Source of the DNA: Lepidodermella squamata
Lineage: Eukaryota > Animalia > Gastrotricha
Reading direction: 5' to 3'
Assembly (NCBI GenBank): GCA_047495785.1
Contig: JBLDXI010000064.1
Coordinates: 682,001 to 746,000, forward strand
DNA length: 64,000 nucleotides
In this document: one piece after another, positions 63,740 through 64,000 of the stretch
Numbering within the stretch: the first letter of the stretch is position 1
How the letters are laid out: every line of letters starts with the position of its first letter
Translations under genes and position numbers: made by a program
The notes under the pieces: generated by a model
Told to the model about the DNA's origin: nothing
Databases searched by the model: none
Seen by the model: the letters and a program-made list of their open reading frames with translations, nothing else

Positions 63740-64000
63740 GTAAGTCTTTTCCTTGGTCAAGAAGCAACACATGAATCGGGATGCGACACTGTATTGACCT
63801 TAATTAAAGTCAACAGGAAAAATGTCATCCTCTGTCTCGTCTTAGGCATAGAAAATATTCCCCCTCTGTTATTCGACAAAATCTTACAAAAAACCCTCTA
63901 GTTAGAGCTGGCCATATGCAAAAATTGATGCGCTGCATTCCTAGAGTAAATTTGAAAAATCTTCCTTCAACCTCCTTTGTAGGGCAGACATAACTATTGA

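Overview
Eukaryotic, most likely invertebrate, DNA with many short GT-AG introns (about 50-60 nt). The backbone is a tandem + strand array of about 10 copies of a divergent rhodopsin-like 7TM receptor (GPCR) family in three subfamilies. Three copies look intact, five look disrupted and two run off the window edges. Two large insertions dominate. (1) A 14.1-kb long-TIR element (7766-21864) splits one receptor exon. It contains a spliced MULE/SWIM transposase with a 2A-like DVEMNPGP motif, a 5'-truncated LINE, a 654-bp inverted duplication and several MITEs. (2) A >=21-kb Helitron-like element starts at about 33142 on the minus strand. Its scattered ORFs can be joined by hand into one open 13-exon gene (50288->33499, about 2,860 aa): Zn-finger, OTU protease, Cys-rich region, HUH/Y2 Rep, atypical PIF1 helicase and a C-terminal GIY-YIG endonuclease. 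A co-oriented 3-exon companion gene (415 aa, possibly OB-fold/RPA-like) lies upstream. This element is the best candidate for a novel system. Gene models and domain calls come from motif reading only; no database searches were run.
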